From: a candidate division WOR-3 bacterium
GTDB taxonomy: Bacteria; Hydrothermota; Hydrothermia; LBFQ01; DSFT01
Reading direction: 5' to 3'
Length of the DNA stretch: 64,000 bases
NCBI GenBank assembly: GCA_025060695.1
Contig: JANXBH010000002.1
Coordinates: forward strand, 82,996-146,995
The notes under the pieces were generated by a model. That model searched no databases. It was given only the letters and a program-made list of their open reading frames with translations, and was not told the origin of the DNA. Made by a program: the position numbers and the translations under genes. This document shows positions 50,116 to 59,409 of this stretch, in pieces (positions within the stretch are counted from its first letter, which is position 1; each line of letters begins with the position of its first letter).

Positions 50116-51735
50116 ATGAAAATTGCAAGGAGCTTAAAAAACCTTCTCTTTTGGGAGTTAACTATACCAATTATTCTTTTGGTGCTCGGAATTTACCATG
50201 GTCTAATGCAAGTTCTCTATAGAGCTGGAATTATAAAATCAATGGAATTTCTCGGAATAAACTACTATCAAGGTTTGACTTTACATGGTGTAGTAAATGC
50301 GATTGCTCTTACTACATTTTTTGCAGTGGCTTTTGGAAATGCGATAATAGTATACTTCCTAAAAAGAGAGATAAATTTAAAAGTTGCATGGCTTTCATTT
50401 TGGACAATGTTAATAGGAACACTCTTAGTTGCATATGCTATACTTATTCAAAAAACAGACGTGTTATATACTTTCTATCCTCCACTTGTTGCACCACCTG
50501 CATTTTATATAGGTGCAGTTTTATTAGTAGTGGGCTCTTGGATAGCTTTTTTCAATTGGATACCCACATATTTAGCTTATAAAAAGGAGAATAAAGAAAC
50601 ACCACTTGCAGTATACGGAATCTTAACCACTTTCTTAATTTGGTTTCTTTGCACTATACCTGTTGCAATTGAAATTCTATTTATGCTACTTCCAAAATCG
50701 TTAGGTCTTGTAGAGGAAATAAATAATCTACTTGCAAGAACACTATTTTGGATGTTTGGTCATGCACTTGTATATTTTTGGTTATTACCTATATACGTGG
50801 CCTTATATGCAATGCTACCTAAAATTATAAATTCAAAGCTATTTTCGGATACATTCGCAAGAATTTCTTTTGTTCTATTTATAATATTTTCAATACCTGT
50901 TGGAGTTCATCATCAATATGCTGATCCAGGTATAGGTACATCTTGGAAACTAATTCAAGGTTTCTTAACATTCGCCGTAGCAATTCCTTCATTTATTACC
51001 GCATTTACTGTTTCAGCAACGCTTGAATATGCTGGAAGAAAAAATGGAAGCAACGGTCTTTTCGGGTGGCTATTTAAATTACCATACTTCGATAAGGAAA
51101 AGTGGCTCTTTGCATACTTCATAAGTGGTTTATTCGTATTTATAATTGGAGGTATAACAGGTATAGTCAATGCTTCATACAATGTTAATCTTGTAGTTCA
51201 TAATACATCTTATGTACCGGGCCACTTTCACCTTACAGTTGGAGGTCTTGTATTTCTTGGAATTATTGGAATAACACTATATTTAATTTCTGAAATTACA
51301 GGAAAGGAAGTAAAGTTTAAAACATTAAACTTACTATCCCCATATCTTTGGCTAATAGGTTCAATAATTTTTGGCTTCGGTATGATGGGTGGTGGTATAT
51401 TGGGTATCCCAAGAAGAACACACATGGGTTTAACCTATTCAAATCCTGATAGTCCTTTATATAATCCAGATTGGATGATATGGAATCACATATCAGTTAT
51501 AGGTGGTGTTATTATGTTCATTTCTATGGTTCTGTACTTTATTGTATTCTTTGCTACAGTATTTTCTAAAAAGGAGAGAGAAGAGAAATTAGAAATAATG
51601 GATAGTGAGGCACTTGAAAAAACAGATAATAAAGTTTTACACGAGTTTAAACTGTGGATAGCTATTGCTCTAATTCTCATAGTTATTGCATACACATTCG
51701 TATATTATGACGTATTTAGATCAACAGGAGGCTAA
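50116..51735 (+). CDS. cbaA: ba3-type (B-family) cytochrome c oxidase subunit I
   Basis: 'FWMFGHALVYFWLLPIYVALYAMLPK' matches ba3 CbaA 'WWFGHPIVYFWLLPAY'; about 13 TM helices; strong SD. Confidence 0.85.
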   Translation: MKIARSLKNLLFWELTIPIILLVLGIYHGLMQVLYRAGIIKSMEFLGINYYQGLTLHGVVNAIALTTFFAVAFGNAIIVYFLKREINLKVAWLSFWTMLIGTLLVAYAILIQKTDVLYTFYPPLVAPPAFYIGAVLLVVGSWIAFFNWIPTYLAYKKENKETPLAVYGILTTFLIWFLCTIPVAIEILFMLLPKSLGLVEEINNLLARTLFWMFGHALVYFWLLPIYVALYAMLPKIINSKLFSDTFARISFVLFIIFSIPVGVHHQYADPGIGTSWKLIQGFLTFAVAIPSFITAFTVSATLEYAGRKNGSNGLFGWLFKLPYFDKEKWLFAYFISGLFVFIIGGITGIVNASYNVNLVVHNTSYVPGHFHLTVGGLVFLGIIGITLYLISEITGKEVKFKTLNLLSPYLWLIGSIIFGFGMMGGGILGIPRRTHMGLTYSNPDSPLYNPDWMIWNHISVIGGVIMFISMVLYFIVFFATVFSKKEREEKLEIMDSEALEKTDNKVLHEFKLWIAIALILIVIAYTFVYYDVFRSTGG

Positions 51736-51736
51736 A

Positions 51737-52486
51737 ATGATATTTTTTCTTGTTTCTCACTGTCCTGCTTGCGTAGGAGCCTTAAATGTGCCAACATCAC
51801 TTTCCACTACAAGCTTTAAAAACTATGAATTTTTCATAAATTATAACTACTCTTTTGGTTCAAGTGCAGACGTAAAACTAAACGCTCATACTTTTAATTT
51901 GACATTTGTAAGAAACTTTAGTAAATTCTCTCTTATTTCAGTGCTTCCTTTTACTTTATCAAGGAGTACTCATCATTCCTCTATAGATAATATAAACACA
52001 CTTTATGGTATAGACATGGGTTTTAGGTATTTTCCTGTATATTCAAAATACTCCAAAACAAGAAGCACTCTATCTATATTAGTTTCATACAAATTTCCTA
52101 TTGGTTTTTATTCCTTAAATAATGAAAACTTAAGGATAAGTGAATACATTAGTTTTGGAACAGGATATGCATTTATTATGAATAAAATTATAAGCTATGG
52201 TGAAGCAATTTATTCAAGGGCTTTAAAAAGAGATCATATGCAGTTAGATAAAGCAAGGGGTATTCTTGGTTTTTACTACGTTTTTGAGAATTTTGAGCTT
52301 GGACCAATTTTAAATTATGTATATCAGGAGGCATTAAGTTCAGATGAAATAAGCCTTGGTTTAAGTTATGGATTTTCTGTAAATAAACTGAATATAAACC
52401 TAAATGCACATAAAAGTGTGTTTTACAAAGGTCATGGAGTGGAAAATGAGTTTTCTTTTGAAATAAGCTTAAAGGGAGGTTTTTAG
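51737..52486 (+). CDS. putative outer-membrane beta-barrel protein
   Basis: The ATG at 51737 follows immediately after the cbaA stop, preceded by GGAGG; signal-like N-terminus and C-terminal '...SLKGGF'. The longer ORF from 51686 would overlap cbaA. Confidence 0.45.
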   Translation: MIFFLVSHCPACVGALNVPTSLSTTSFKNYEFFINYNYSFGSSADVKLNAHTFNLTFVRNFSKFSLISVLPFTLSRSTHHSSIDNINTLYGIDMGFRYFPVYSKYSKTRSTLSILVSYKFPIGFYSLNNENLRISEYISFGTGYAFIMNKIISYGEAIYSRALKRDHMQLDKARGILGFYYVFENFELGPILNYVYQEALSSDEISLGLSYGFSVNKLNINLNAHKSVFYKGHGVENEFSFEISLKGGF

Positions 52487-52487
52487 C

Positions 52488-52598
52488 ATGGAAGAGAAAT
52501 TCTTCCCAAAAGGTTCAATTGCATTTATGGTGCTAATGCTTGTTTTTTATGCTGTAGTGTGGCTTTTAGTTTACATAGTAATGCTAAATAGGGGGTAA
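52488..52598 (+). CDS. cbaD: ba3-type cytochrome oxidase subunit IIa (single-TM, 36 aa), unannotated small ORF
   Basis: Translation 'MEEKFFPKGSIAFMVLMLVFYAVVWLLVYIVMLNRG' matches the recalled Thermus CbaD 'MEEKPKGALAVILVLTLTILVFWLGVYAVFFARG'; AGGGAGG SD 8 nt upstream. Confidence 0.7.
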   Translation: MEEKFFPKGSIAFMVLMLVFYAVVWLLVYIVMLNRG

Positions 52599-52601
52599 AG
52601 C

Positions 52602-53411
52602 ATGAGGTCAATACTCTGTGCATTCGATTTCACAAAACAGAGTGAAAGCGCCTTAATAACATCCTATACCATCTCAAGAGCTATGGATGCAGAATTTCAC
52701 GTTGTATACTTTATTTCTTCAGAAGTTTTAGGCTTATCTACGCCAGATGTAGAAAAGAGTGAAAAGGAAAAGAAAATAAGTGAGTTTCTTAATAGCAAAG
52801 GGATAAGTTCAAAAATTCACGTGCAAATTGCTAAAGAAGCTATACCTATTGAGATATTGAGATTAGCAAAGGAAATAGATGCAGGCATGATTGCAGTTGG
52901 AAGGTCAAGCTACGATGTTTCTGATGTAAATTTCATAGGTTCTAATACTCTTTCATTGAAAAAAATATCTGAAATTCCACTACTTATAGGAGCCTATAAG
53001 GCAAAGGATGCGTTTAAAAATATCTTAATTACTTTAAATGAAAAATCCTATTCGCTTGATCCCCTAAGTTTTGGTATCAAACTCTCTAAAAATACAGATG
53101 CAAAACTTCATTTACTGAATGTTATTGAAAGTCCGTATCCAGTCGCCTTAGAAGAAAGAGAATTACAAGAGGCAAAAGTAAGGCAGAACATAAAAGACTA
53201 CGAACCATTTTTAAAGGAAGTAGAACACTCCCTAAGTATAATCGTATCTGAAAGTGCAAGTAAGGGTATTTTAGAGTATGCTAACAATAACGAAATTGAC
53301 CTTATTATGATGTCAAGGAAAAAAAGCTTAAATCTAATAGAAAGACTGTTATATAGTTCTACAACGCTGAGGATTATGAGAGGAACCATAGTCCCAGTTA
53401 TTCTCTTTTAG
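52602..53411 (+). CDS. tandem universal stress protein (UspA family)
   Basis: two USP domains; 'GRSSYD' and 'IMMSRKK' ATP-binding-like segments. Confidence 0.7.
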   Translation: MRSILCAFDFTKQSESALITSYTISRAMDAEFHVVYFISSEVLGLSTPDVEKSEKEKKISEFLNSKGISSKIHVQIAKEAIPIEILRLAKEIDAGMIAVGRSSYDVSDVNFIGSNTLSLKKISEIPLLIGAYKAKDAFKNILITLNEKSYSLDPLSFGIKLSKNTDAKLHLLNVIESPYPVALEERELQEAKVRQNIKDYEPFLKEVEHSLSIIVSESASKGILEYANNNEIDLIMMSRKKSLNLIERLLYSSTTLRIMRGTIVPVILF

Positions 53412-53422
53412 GGGAATATCGT

Positions 53423-53803
53423 ATGGAAGGAGTAATTTCTAAAATTAGAAGCGAGGCGGAAAGGTTTATACCCGGTTTACTTGGAATTATTTTAGTTGAC
53501 GAATATGGTTTTCCGATAGCTTACTCATTTTCTACTATTCTTCAAGACCCTATAGTTGTCTCTGGTCTTCTTGCAAGTGCAACTAGTATGTTAGAAAATC
53601 TTTTAAAAGAACTATCTGATGCAAAATTTGAACTTGTATACGTTCAAGGAGATAAGATTGCACTTTTCATAGGTTCAATCAAAAATATATACCTTGGATT
53701 TATAATAACTCCATCTACTAAAGTGGGTTCAGTATTTATGGAATATAAGATTTTAAAACCTAAAATAGAAGAAACAATGAAAGGCATATTGGAGGTAGAA
53801 TAA
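53423..53803 (+). CDS. roadblock/LC7 (MglB-like) domain protein
   Basis: 'GLLGIILVDEYGFPIAYSF' plus later core; 126 aa. Confidence 0.6.
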   Translation: MEGVISKIRSEAERFIPGLLGIILVDEYGFPIAYSFSTILQDPIVVSGLLASATSMLENLLKELSDAKFELVYVQGDKIALFIGSIKNIYLGFIITPSTKVGSVFMEYKILKPKIEETMKGILEVE

Positions 53804-53804
53804 C

Positions 53805-54239
53805 ATGGAGGAAAAAATAAAAGAGTTTTTAAAAGAAGAAGGATTAGTCCTACCTAAAGAACTAATTTTTGAAGCATATAAAGAAACTCTAAAATTTGCA
53901 GGAGCTTTGTCAGGGATATTACAAGCAGGTTCTAAAAGAGCAGGTAAAAGAGCAGGTGAAATTTTTAGAAATTGGCTAAAGCAAACTAATTTTGAAACAA
54001 CTGAAATTTTGGAAACATTTTTAAGAGAGTCTGGTGTAGCAAAGGTAAAAGTCTTAAAATTAGAAAATGGCTTTAGTATTAAGATAATTGATAGCTTTTT
54101 ACTTAAAGCACATGATAAATTTGAGGTTGCCATAAGACCAATTATAGGAGCCATTGAAGGTTTTCTTGAAGGTTTTGAAGGCAAAGCTTATACATCTAAA
54201 ATTAAGAATGGGGAAATAATAGTGGAAGAAAAATTATGA
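53805..54239 (+). CDS. hypothetical protein (possibly V4R-like small-ligand-binding domain)
   Basis: size and Gly-rich 'GALSGILQAGSKRAGKRAG' segment; weak call. Confidence 0.3.
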   Translation: MEEKIKEFLKEEGLVLPKELIFEAYKETLKFAGALSGILQAGSKRAGKRAGEIFRNWLKQTNFETTEILETFLRESGVAKVKVLKLENGFSIKIIDSFLLKAHDKFEVAIRPIIGAIEGFLEGFEGKAYTSKIKNGEIIVEEKL

Positions 54240-54682
54240 ATGCAATTCACCTTCATCTAATTCTAAATCATTTTCCAACGGTTGGATTTATAATAGTTCT
54301 ATTTATTTTTCTTCACGGTTTATATAGAAAGAATGAAGAATTTAACTTTGTTTCCTTATGGTTCATAATTGTACTTTCAGTAATTACTATTTTTGTATAT
54401 CTTTCAGGAGAGGGTGCGGAGGAATTACTTAAAAACAAATTGGATAAAGAACACATAGAAATTCACGAGAGTTTTGGTAAAATTTCTTTATACCTTTCAA
54501 TTGTTCTTGGTTTACTCTCAGCATTTTCACTTATTACAAAAAAGCTTAGATGGTTAGTTTTAATTTTACTAATAATAAATATCTTGTCTTTGGGCATTAC
54601 AAGCTTTTATGGGGCACAAATAAGGCATGAAGAAATAAGGAATTTACCAATTAAAAAGGAGGTAAGAAACTATGAACGCTGA
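54236..54682 (+). CDS. His-rich 4-TM membrane protein coupled to cbaB (possible oxidase accessory subunit)
   Basis: 'HLHLILNHFP' at TM1; overlaps the cbaB start by 11 nt. Confidence 0.35.
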   Translation: MNAIHLHLILNHFPTVGFIIVLFIFLHGLYRKNEEFNFVSLWFIIVLSVITIFVYLSGEGAEELLKNKLDKEHIEIHESFGKISLYLSIVLGLLSAFSLITKKLRWLVLILLIINILSLGITSFYGAQIRHEEIRNLPIKKEVRNYER

Positions 54683-55106
54683 AAAACTTGCATTGAGTTT
54701 ATCAAGTATCTTACTTTTGCTATTTTTCGCACTAATTTTATATGGTGCATACGTAAGGGGTATAGACTTACCAACTTGCATAACTAATGTAAAGCCCTTT
54801 GATAAAGACACAGTAATTAAAATTTCTGAAAATAGATATGAGATTAGATATATCGCAAGACAATTTAGTTTCTTCCCTATGGAAGTAAAAATACCTAAGA
54901 ATTCCATAGTGGACATATACTTAACAAGTCCGGATGTTACACATGGAATGCAAATTGAAAATACTAACGTAAATCTAATGGCTATTCCCGGAGCTATTAC
55001 TTATTACAGGGTAAAGTTTGATAAACCTGGAGAATACAGAGTAGTTTGTCATGAATACTGTGGACTTGGGCATCAGAATATGATGAGCAAAATTATCGTA
55101 TATTAG
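54672..55106 (+). CDS. cbaB: ba3-type cytochrome c oxidase subunit II (CuA)
   Basis: 'TSPDVTHGMQIENTNVNLMAIPG' and CuA ligands 'CHEYCGLGHQNM' match Thermus CbaB. Confidence 0.85.
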   Translation: MNAEKLALSLSSILLLLFFALILYGAYVRGIDLPTCITNVKPFDKDTVIKISENRYEIRYIARQFSFFPMEVKIPKNSIVDIYLTSPDVTHGMQIENTNVNLMAIPGAITYYRVKFDKPGEYRVVCHEYCGLGHQNMMSKIIVY

Positions 55107-55126
55107 GGGGGTTCCCCCCTTTCTTT
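55106..55126. terminator. GC-rich hairpin GGGGGG-TT-CCCCCC followed by TTTCTTT, between convergent cbaB and kpsF
   Basis: perfect 6-bp G:C stem in an otherwise AT-rich genome, immediately after the cbaB TAG. Confidence 0.6.
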
Positions 55127-56102
55127 AGAATATACCTGCTCTTAGTATATCATGTAAATGAACTATTCCAACGAGTTTATCATTATCATCCAAAACTAAA
55201 AGGACTGTAATTTTATACTTTTCCATCAAATTCAAGGCATCAGCTACACTATCTTTATAACTTATAGTTTTTGGTGATGTTGTCATTGCAAGTTTTACAC
55301 TACCATTATTTAAATCACCTCTTCTCTCCACGTATCTTCTTAAATCTCCATCTGTTATAATACCTACAAGTTTTCCATCTCTATCTAATACTGCGGTTGC
55401 CCCAAAACCCTTACTTGTAATTTCTATAATAGCATCCCTTATACTCATATCCTCACGTACAATAGGTATTTTTTCACCTTTATGCATTATCTCATAAACT
55501 TTTTTTAATCTTTTCCCTATTATGCCACCAGGATGTAGTTTTGCAAATTGCTCCTTTGAAAAACCTTTCATTTCCATTAGAACTACAGCTATTGCATCAC
55601 CAAGTATCATTTGTGCAGTTGTTGAAGAGGTTGGGGATAAGTTAAATGGACATGCTTCTCTTTTAACTTTTATATCTATCGCAACATCACTGTTTTTTGC
55701 TATAGTTGACTCAGGATTTCCTGTTATACAAATTATAGGAACTTTTAAAAATTTAATATATGGGATGATATTTATAATTTCATCGGTTTCTCCGCTATTT
55801 GAAAGAATTATTATAACATCATTTCTATCAATCATTCCTAAATCACCATGAACTGCCTCTGACGGATGTAAAAAGATAGAAGGCGTTCCTGTACTTGATA
55901 AGGTTGAAGAGATTTTCCTTGCAACATGACCAGATTTTCCTATACCGATTAAAATTACCTTACCTTTGCAACTACCTAAAATTTCTATAGCCTTTACAAA
56001 TGAACTATTCAAACTTTCCTTTAGGTTAATTATAGTTTCTAATTCTATATCAATAACTTTCTTTGCAATTTCTATAATACTACTATCATTCAATAACTTC
56101 AT
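55125..56102 (-). CDS. kpsF: arabinose-5-phosphate isomerase (SIS + tandem CBS)
   Basis: 'GKVILIGIGKSGHVARKI' and 'ITGNPEST' (SIS), with C-terminal CBS pairs. Confidence 0.8.
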   Translation of the reverse strand: MKLLNDSSIIEIAKKVIDIELETIINLKESLNSSFVKAIEILGSCKGKVILIGIGKSGHVARKISSTLSSTGTPSIFLHPSEAVHGDLGMIDRNDVIIILSNSGETDEIINIIPYIKFLKVPIICITGNPESTIAKNSDVAIDIKVKREACPFNLSPTSSTTAQMILGDAIAVVLMEMKGFSKEQFAKLHPGGIIGKRLKKVYEIMHKGEKIPIVREDMSIRDAIIEITSKGFGATAVLDRDGKLVGIITDGDLRRYVERRGDLNNGSVKLAMTTSPKTISYKDSVADALNLMEKYKITVLLVLDDNDKLVGIVHLHDILRAGIF

Positions 56103-57390
56103 ATATTAGGGGTTGAGGTTGAATTCTTCTTTTCACGGTTTTATATGAAGTCTCAAGTATTTCAATTGCATGGTTCATATTTTTTTCATCACTTGCCATA
56201 ACTTCAAATATTACATCATTTTCTTCAATCCTATCACCAACTTTTTTATGAAGAATAATGCCCGCTTTATGGTCTATTACATCATCCATCTTACTTCTTC
56301 CTGCTCCAAGTATTTGTGCAGCTAAACCAATTGCATAAGTATCAAATTGAGATATATAACCAGATGTATGTGCTCTTATATAGTATCTATATTTGGTTCT
56401 TGTAAATTCTTCAGAATTTACGTAATTCCAATCACCTCCATGCAATTCTATCATACTTCTTAATCTTCTTAGACCTTCACGATTATACAGATTTTCCTTC
56501 AGCTTCTTATATCCTTCATCTACACTTTTTACTACATCTACTATATATAGCATATACGCACCAAGTTTTAATGTAAGCTCTGTAACATCAGGTGGTCCAC
56601 TACCTTTTAAAACTTCTATTGCCTCTTTTACTTCTATTGCATTACCTATTGCTTTTCCTAATGGTTCATCCATATTTGTAATTAATGCTATTACCCTTTT
56701 ATTCATTTTTCTCCCTATTTCTACAAGTAGCATAGCTAACTCTTTTGCATCTCTATACCTTTGCATAAATGCACCTGAACCTGTCTTTACATCAAGAACT
56801 ATTGCATCTACACCTTCTGCAAGTTTCTTGCTCATAATACTTGAAGCAATTAAAGGAATGCTCTCAATCGTTGCAGAAGTATCTCTAATAGCATATAGTT
56901 TCTTGTCTGCAGGGACAAGATTTTCAGTTTGACCTATAATTGAACAACCAACTTTTTCAACTATAGTTTTAAATTCCTTAATTGATAAGTCCGTTCTATA
57001 ACCTTTAATTGATTCTAACTTATCCAATGTCCCTCCTGTATGACCAAGTGCTCTACCTGATATCATTGGAACAGCTACTAAATTAGTAGATGCTACAAGT
57101 GGTGCAAGCGCTATAGATACTTTATCTCCTACACCTCCCGTTGAGTGTTTGTCCACAGTAGGTTTCTTTAGAAATTTCCAATCTAATACTTCCCCGCTTT
57201 TCATCATAGCCTCAGTTAAGTATGCAGTTTCCATACTATCCATACCTCTATAGTATATTGCCATAAGAAGTGCTGAAGCTTGATAGTCCAAAATTTCTCC
57301 ATTCAGTATTCCTTCTATAAAAAATTCTATTTCTTTTTTGCCAAGCTTTTCTCCATCTCTCTTTTTTCTTATAATATCAACTATTCTCAT
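56086..57390 (-). CDS. deoA: thymidine / pyrimidine-nucleoside phosphorylase
   Basis: 'KHSTGGVGDK' and 'TGGTLDKLESI'; 434 aa. Confidence 0.85.
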   Translation of the reverse strand: MRIVDIIRKKRDGEKLGKKEIEFFIEGILNGEILDYQASALLMAIYYRGMDSMETAYLTEAMMKSGEVLDWKFLKKPTVDKHSTGGVGDKVSIALAPLVASTNLVAVPMISGRALGHTGGTLDKLESIKGYRTDLSIKEFKTIVEKVGCSIIGQTENLVPADKKLYAIRDTSATIESIPLIASSIMSKKLAEGVDAIVLDVKTGSGAFMQRYRDAKELAMLLVEIGRKMNKRVIALITNMDEPLGKAIGNAIEVKEAIEVLKGSGPPDVTELTLKLGAYMLYIVDVVKSVDEGYKKLKENLYNREGLRRLRSMIELHGGDWNYVNSEEFTRTKYRYYIRAHTSGYISQFDTYAIGLAAQILGAGRSKMDDVIDHKAGIILHKKVGDRIEENDVIFEVMASDEKNMNHAIEILETSYKTVKRRIQPQPLIYEVIE

Positions 57391-57713
57391 GACTTAATCT
57401 TTAATTGAACTCCAAGCGACATTCTTATAACCTCACTTATTTGCTCCTCTACTGAAACCTTGTGCTTAGTATCAAAGCTAAGCAGAAAAAACAAAGGGTT
57501 AGTGCTTTCATATACTATCAATTTTGTTCTATGATCAAAATACTTTTCATAATCGTCTTCTATAATTACAAGACCATAGTTTTTTTCTTCATAAATCTTT
57601 CTTAATAATTTTCTAACTTCAGATGGCTCACTCAGAGTGATATAATCTACACCTACAAGTGAAAACCCGGGTTTATAATCACTTTGACCTATTACTAAAA
57701 CTTTTTGTTTCAA
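57387..57713 (-). CDS. hypothetical protein
   Basis: ORF coupled to deoA. Confidence 0.3.
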   Translation of the reverse strand: MKQKVLVIGQSDYKPGFSLVGVDYITLSEPSEVRKLLRKIYEEKNYGLVIIEDDYEKYFDHRTKLIVYESTNPLFFLLSFDTKHKVSVEEQISEVIRMSLGVQLKIKS

Positions 57714-57739
57714 AGTGTGAAAATTTTAAAGCACAAAAA

Positions 57740-58927
57740 TTATTCTATAATTTTAAATGAACTTATATCTTCGTTTTTATCTATCATTCCAATAATTTTT
57801 TCAATATTTGCTATAACTTTTTTAACATCAATAACTTGATTTTCCTCTAAATATTTAGAGAGATAATTTTTAGCATTTATAAATATGTTCCTTGCACCAT
57901 TTGGATTTCTTTGCTCAATGTGCTTATAGTATCCTGCACATATTTGTATTATCCCTTTAATGAAATTTCTATACTTGTTTTCAACTGGCATTTCGCGCCA
58001 TAAGTCTTCCAAAACTTCGTGTGCTTCAAAATAATCGCCAGTTCTTAGTAATTCTAAACCTTTTATAAACCTTTCATCGTTAAATATATTCTTCTTTAAA
58101 ACAAGATAAACTCCGCTTATGTCAAGACTACCATGGTTTAAATTTACTGCTCTCTCAAGTATTTTATTAGTTGGTTCTAATATATGAGAATATAGATGAA
58201 AGTCATTTATTAGTTCAAAAAAATAATTTAAGTCTTTGTGTAATAATTCAATAGAGAATTGCGGTGAAAAGTCCTCATTTAAAATTTTTTCCTTTTTCAC
58301 TTCTAAAAAATAACTTCTTCCTGCACCGTTTGAAAGAATTTCCAAAATTAAGTCCTTTCTTATTCCCATATTCTCACCTATAGTTATAGTTTCCATAATA
58401 GACTGTAATATCCCTGCAAGAGCAAAGTTATTTAATAGTTTAAGTTTTGTAGGCTCACCTATGTTATCAAAATAGTAAAATTTCTTTGTAAATGTTTCTA
58501 TAATGTGCTCTATAAGCTTTAGTCTGGACTTATCACCTGAAATTAACATTACAAGACTTCCTGTATTTGCAGCGGGAATACTACCAAGCAATGGTGCTTC
58601 AAAGTAGTATCCATTTAGCTCCCTTACTTTCTGATAAAACTTTTTTACAAAACTATAACTATTTGTAGTCATATCTACAATTATTTTATTTTCAATATTT
58701 TGAGGTTCAATCCTCTTGAAAAGAAGTTCTTCCACTGCTTTAGAGTCTCTTATTATGATAAATATAACATCTGAATTATAAAATAGTTCGTTTGGGTCTA
58801 AAAAGTGATTGTAATTTTTTGCTTTTTCAACTGCTCTATTATATACATAAAGATTTATACCTTGAGAAATCATCCTATCTACTATAGCTTTTCCAAGATT
58901 TCCTAAACCAACAAAACCCACTTTCAT
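57740..58927 (-). CDS. NAD(P)-binding 6PGDH/HIBADH-like dehydrogenase with C-terminal DUF309-like domain
   Basis: 'KVGFVGLGNLGKAIV' and C-terminal 'FEAHEVLEDLWRE'. Confidence 0.55.
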   Translation of the reverse strand: MKVGFVGLGNLGKAIVDRMISQGINLYVYNRAVEKAKNYNHFLDPNELFYNSDVIFIIIRDSKAVEELLFKRIEPQNIENKIIVDMTTNSYSFVKKFYQKVRELNGYYFEAPLLGSIPAANTGSLVMLISGDKSRLKLIEHIIETFTKKFYYFDNIGEPTKLKLLNNFALAGILQSIMETITIGENMGIRKDLILEILSNGAGRSYFLEVKKEKILNEDFSPQFSIELLHKDLNYFFELINDFHLYSHILEPTNKILERAVNLNHGSLDISGVYLVLKKNIFNDERFIKGLELLRTGDYFEAHEVLEDLWREMPVENKYRNFIKGIIQICAGYYKHIEQRNPNGARNIFINAKNYLSKYLEENQVIDVKKVIANIEKIIGMIDKNEDISSFKIIE

Positions 58928-58928
58928 A

Positions 58929-59387
58929 TTATCCTCTCCTTACATAGTCAACCCAATAAAATATTATTCCAAATGCAACAGAAACGTTCAAACTTTGTAC
59001 TTTTCCATATTGAGGTATTTTAATAAGAACATCAGACAAGTCAAGAATTTCCTTATCTATACCTTTACTTTCGTTCCCAAAGATAATTATAGTTTTTTGA
59101 TTGTAGTTATAGTTCCTATAGTTTATCGCATTTTCGGACAAACTCGTGGCGACAATTTTATATTCTTGTTTTTTCATATCTAAGAGAAATTCCATAGGTT
59201 CCTCTACAATTTCAATCCTTACCCATTTATGTGAACCTTTGCTAATTTTTTCATTTATCACAAACGGTTTATCTTCAGTTATATAAACTTTTTCTATACC
59301 AACAGCATCTGCTGTCCTTACAATTGCAGAACAATTTTGAGGATTTTCAAGCTTGTATAAATATGGAAATATACCAACTAATTTCAA
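58929..59387 (-). CDS. trmL: SpoU-class tRNA/rRNA 2'-O-methyltransferase (TrmL-like)
   Basis: 152 aa with a SPOUT-knot C-terminus ('IPQYGKVQSLNVSVAFGI'). Confidence 0.65.
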   Translation of the reverse strand: MKLVGIFPYLYKLENPQNCSAIVRTADAVGIEKVYITEDKPFVINEKISKGSHKWVRIEIVEEPMEFLLDMKKQEYKIVATSLSENAINYRNYNYNQKTIIIFGNESKGIDKEILDLSDVLIKIPQYGKVQSLNVSVAFGIIFYWVDYVRRG

Positions 59388-59393
59388 GAGCTT

Positions 59394-59405
59394 AAAATTT
59401 TAAAG
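59394..59405 (-). promoter_or_regulatory. CTTTAAAATTTT element 6 nt upstream of the trmL start
   Basis: exact 12-mer on the gene strand. Confidence 0.45.
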
Positions 59406-59409
59406 TTTA

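Noticed and set aside
51686-51736. 5' extension of the OMP-like ORF ('MHTHSYIMTYLDQQEAK') overlapping the end of cbaA
   Set aside because: A GGAGG plus ATG at 51737 immediately after the cbaA stop gives a signal-peptide-like N-terminus; the extension is more likely a read-through of the ORF finder
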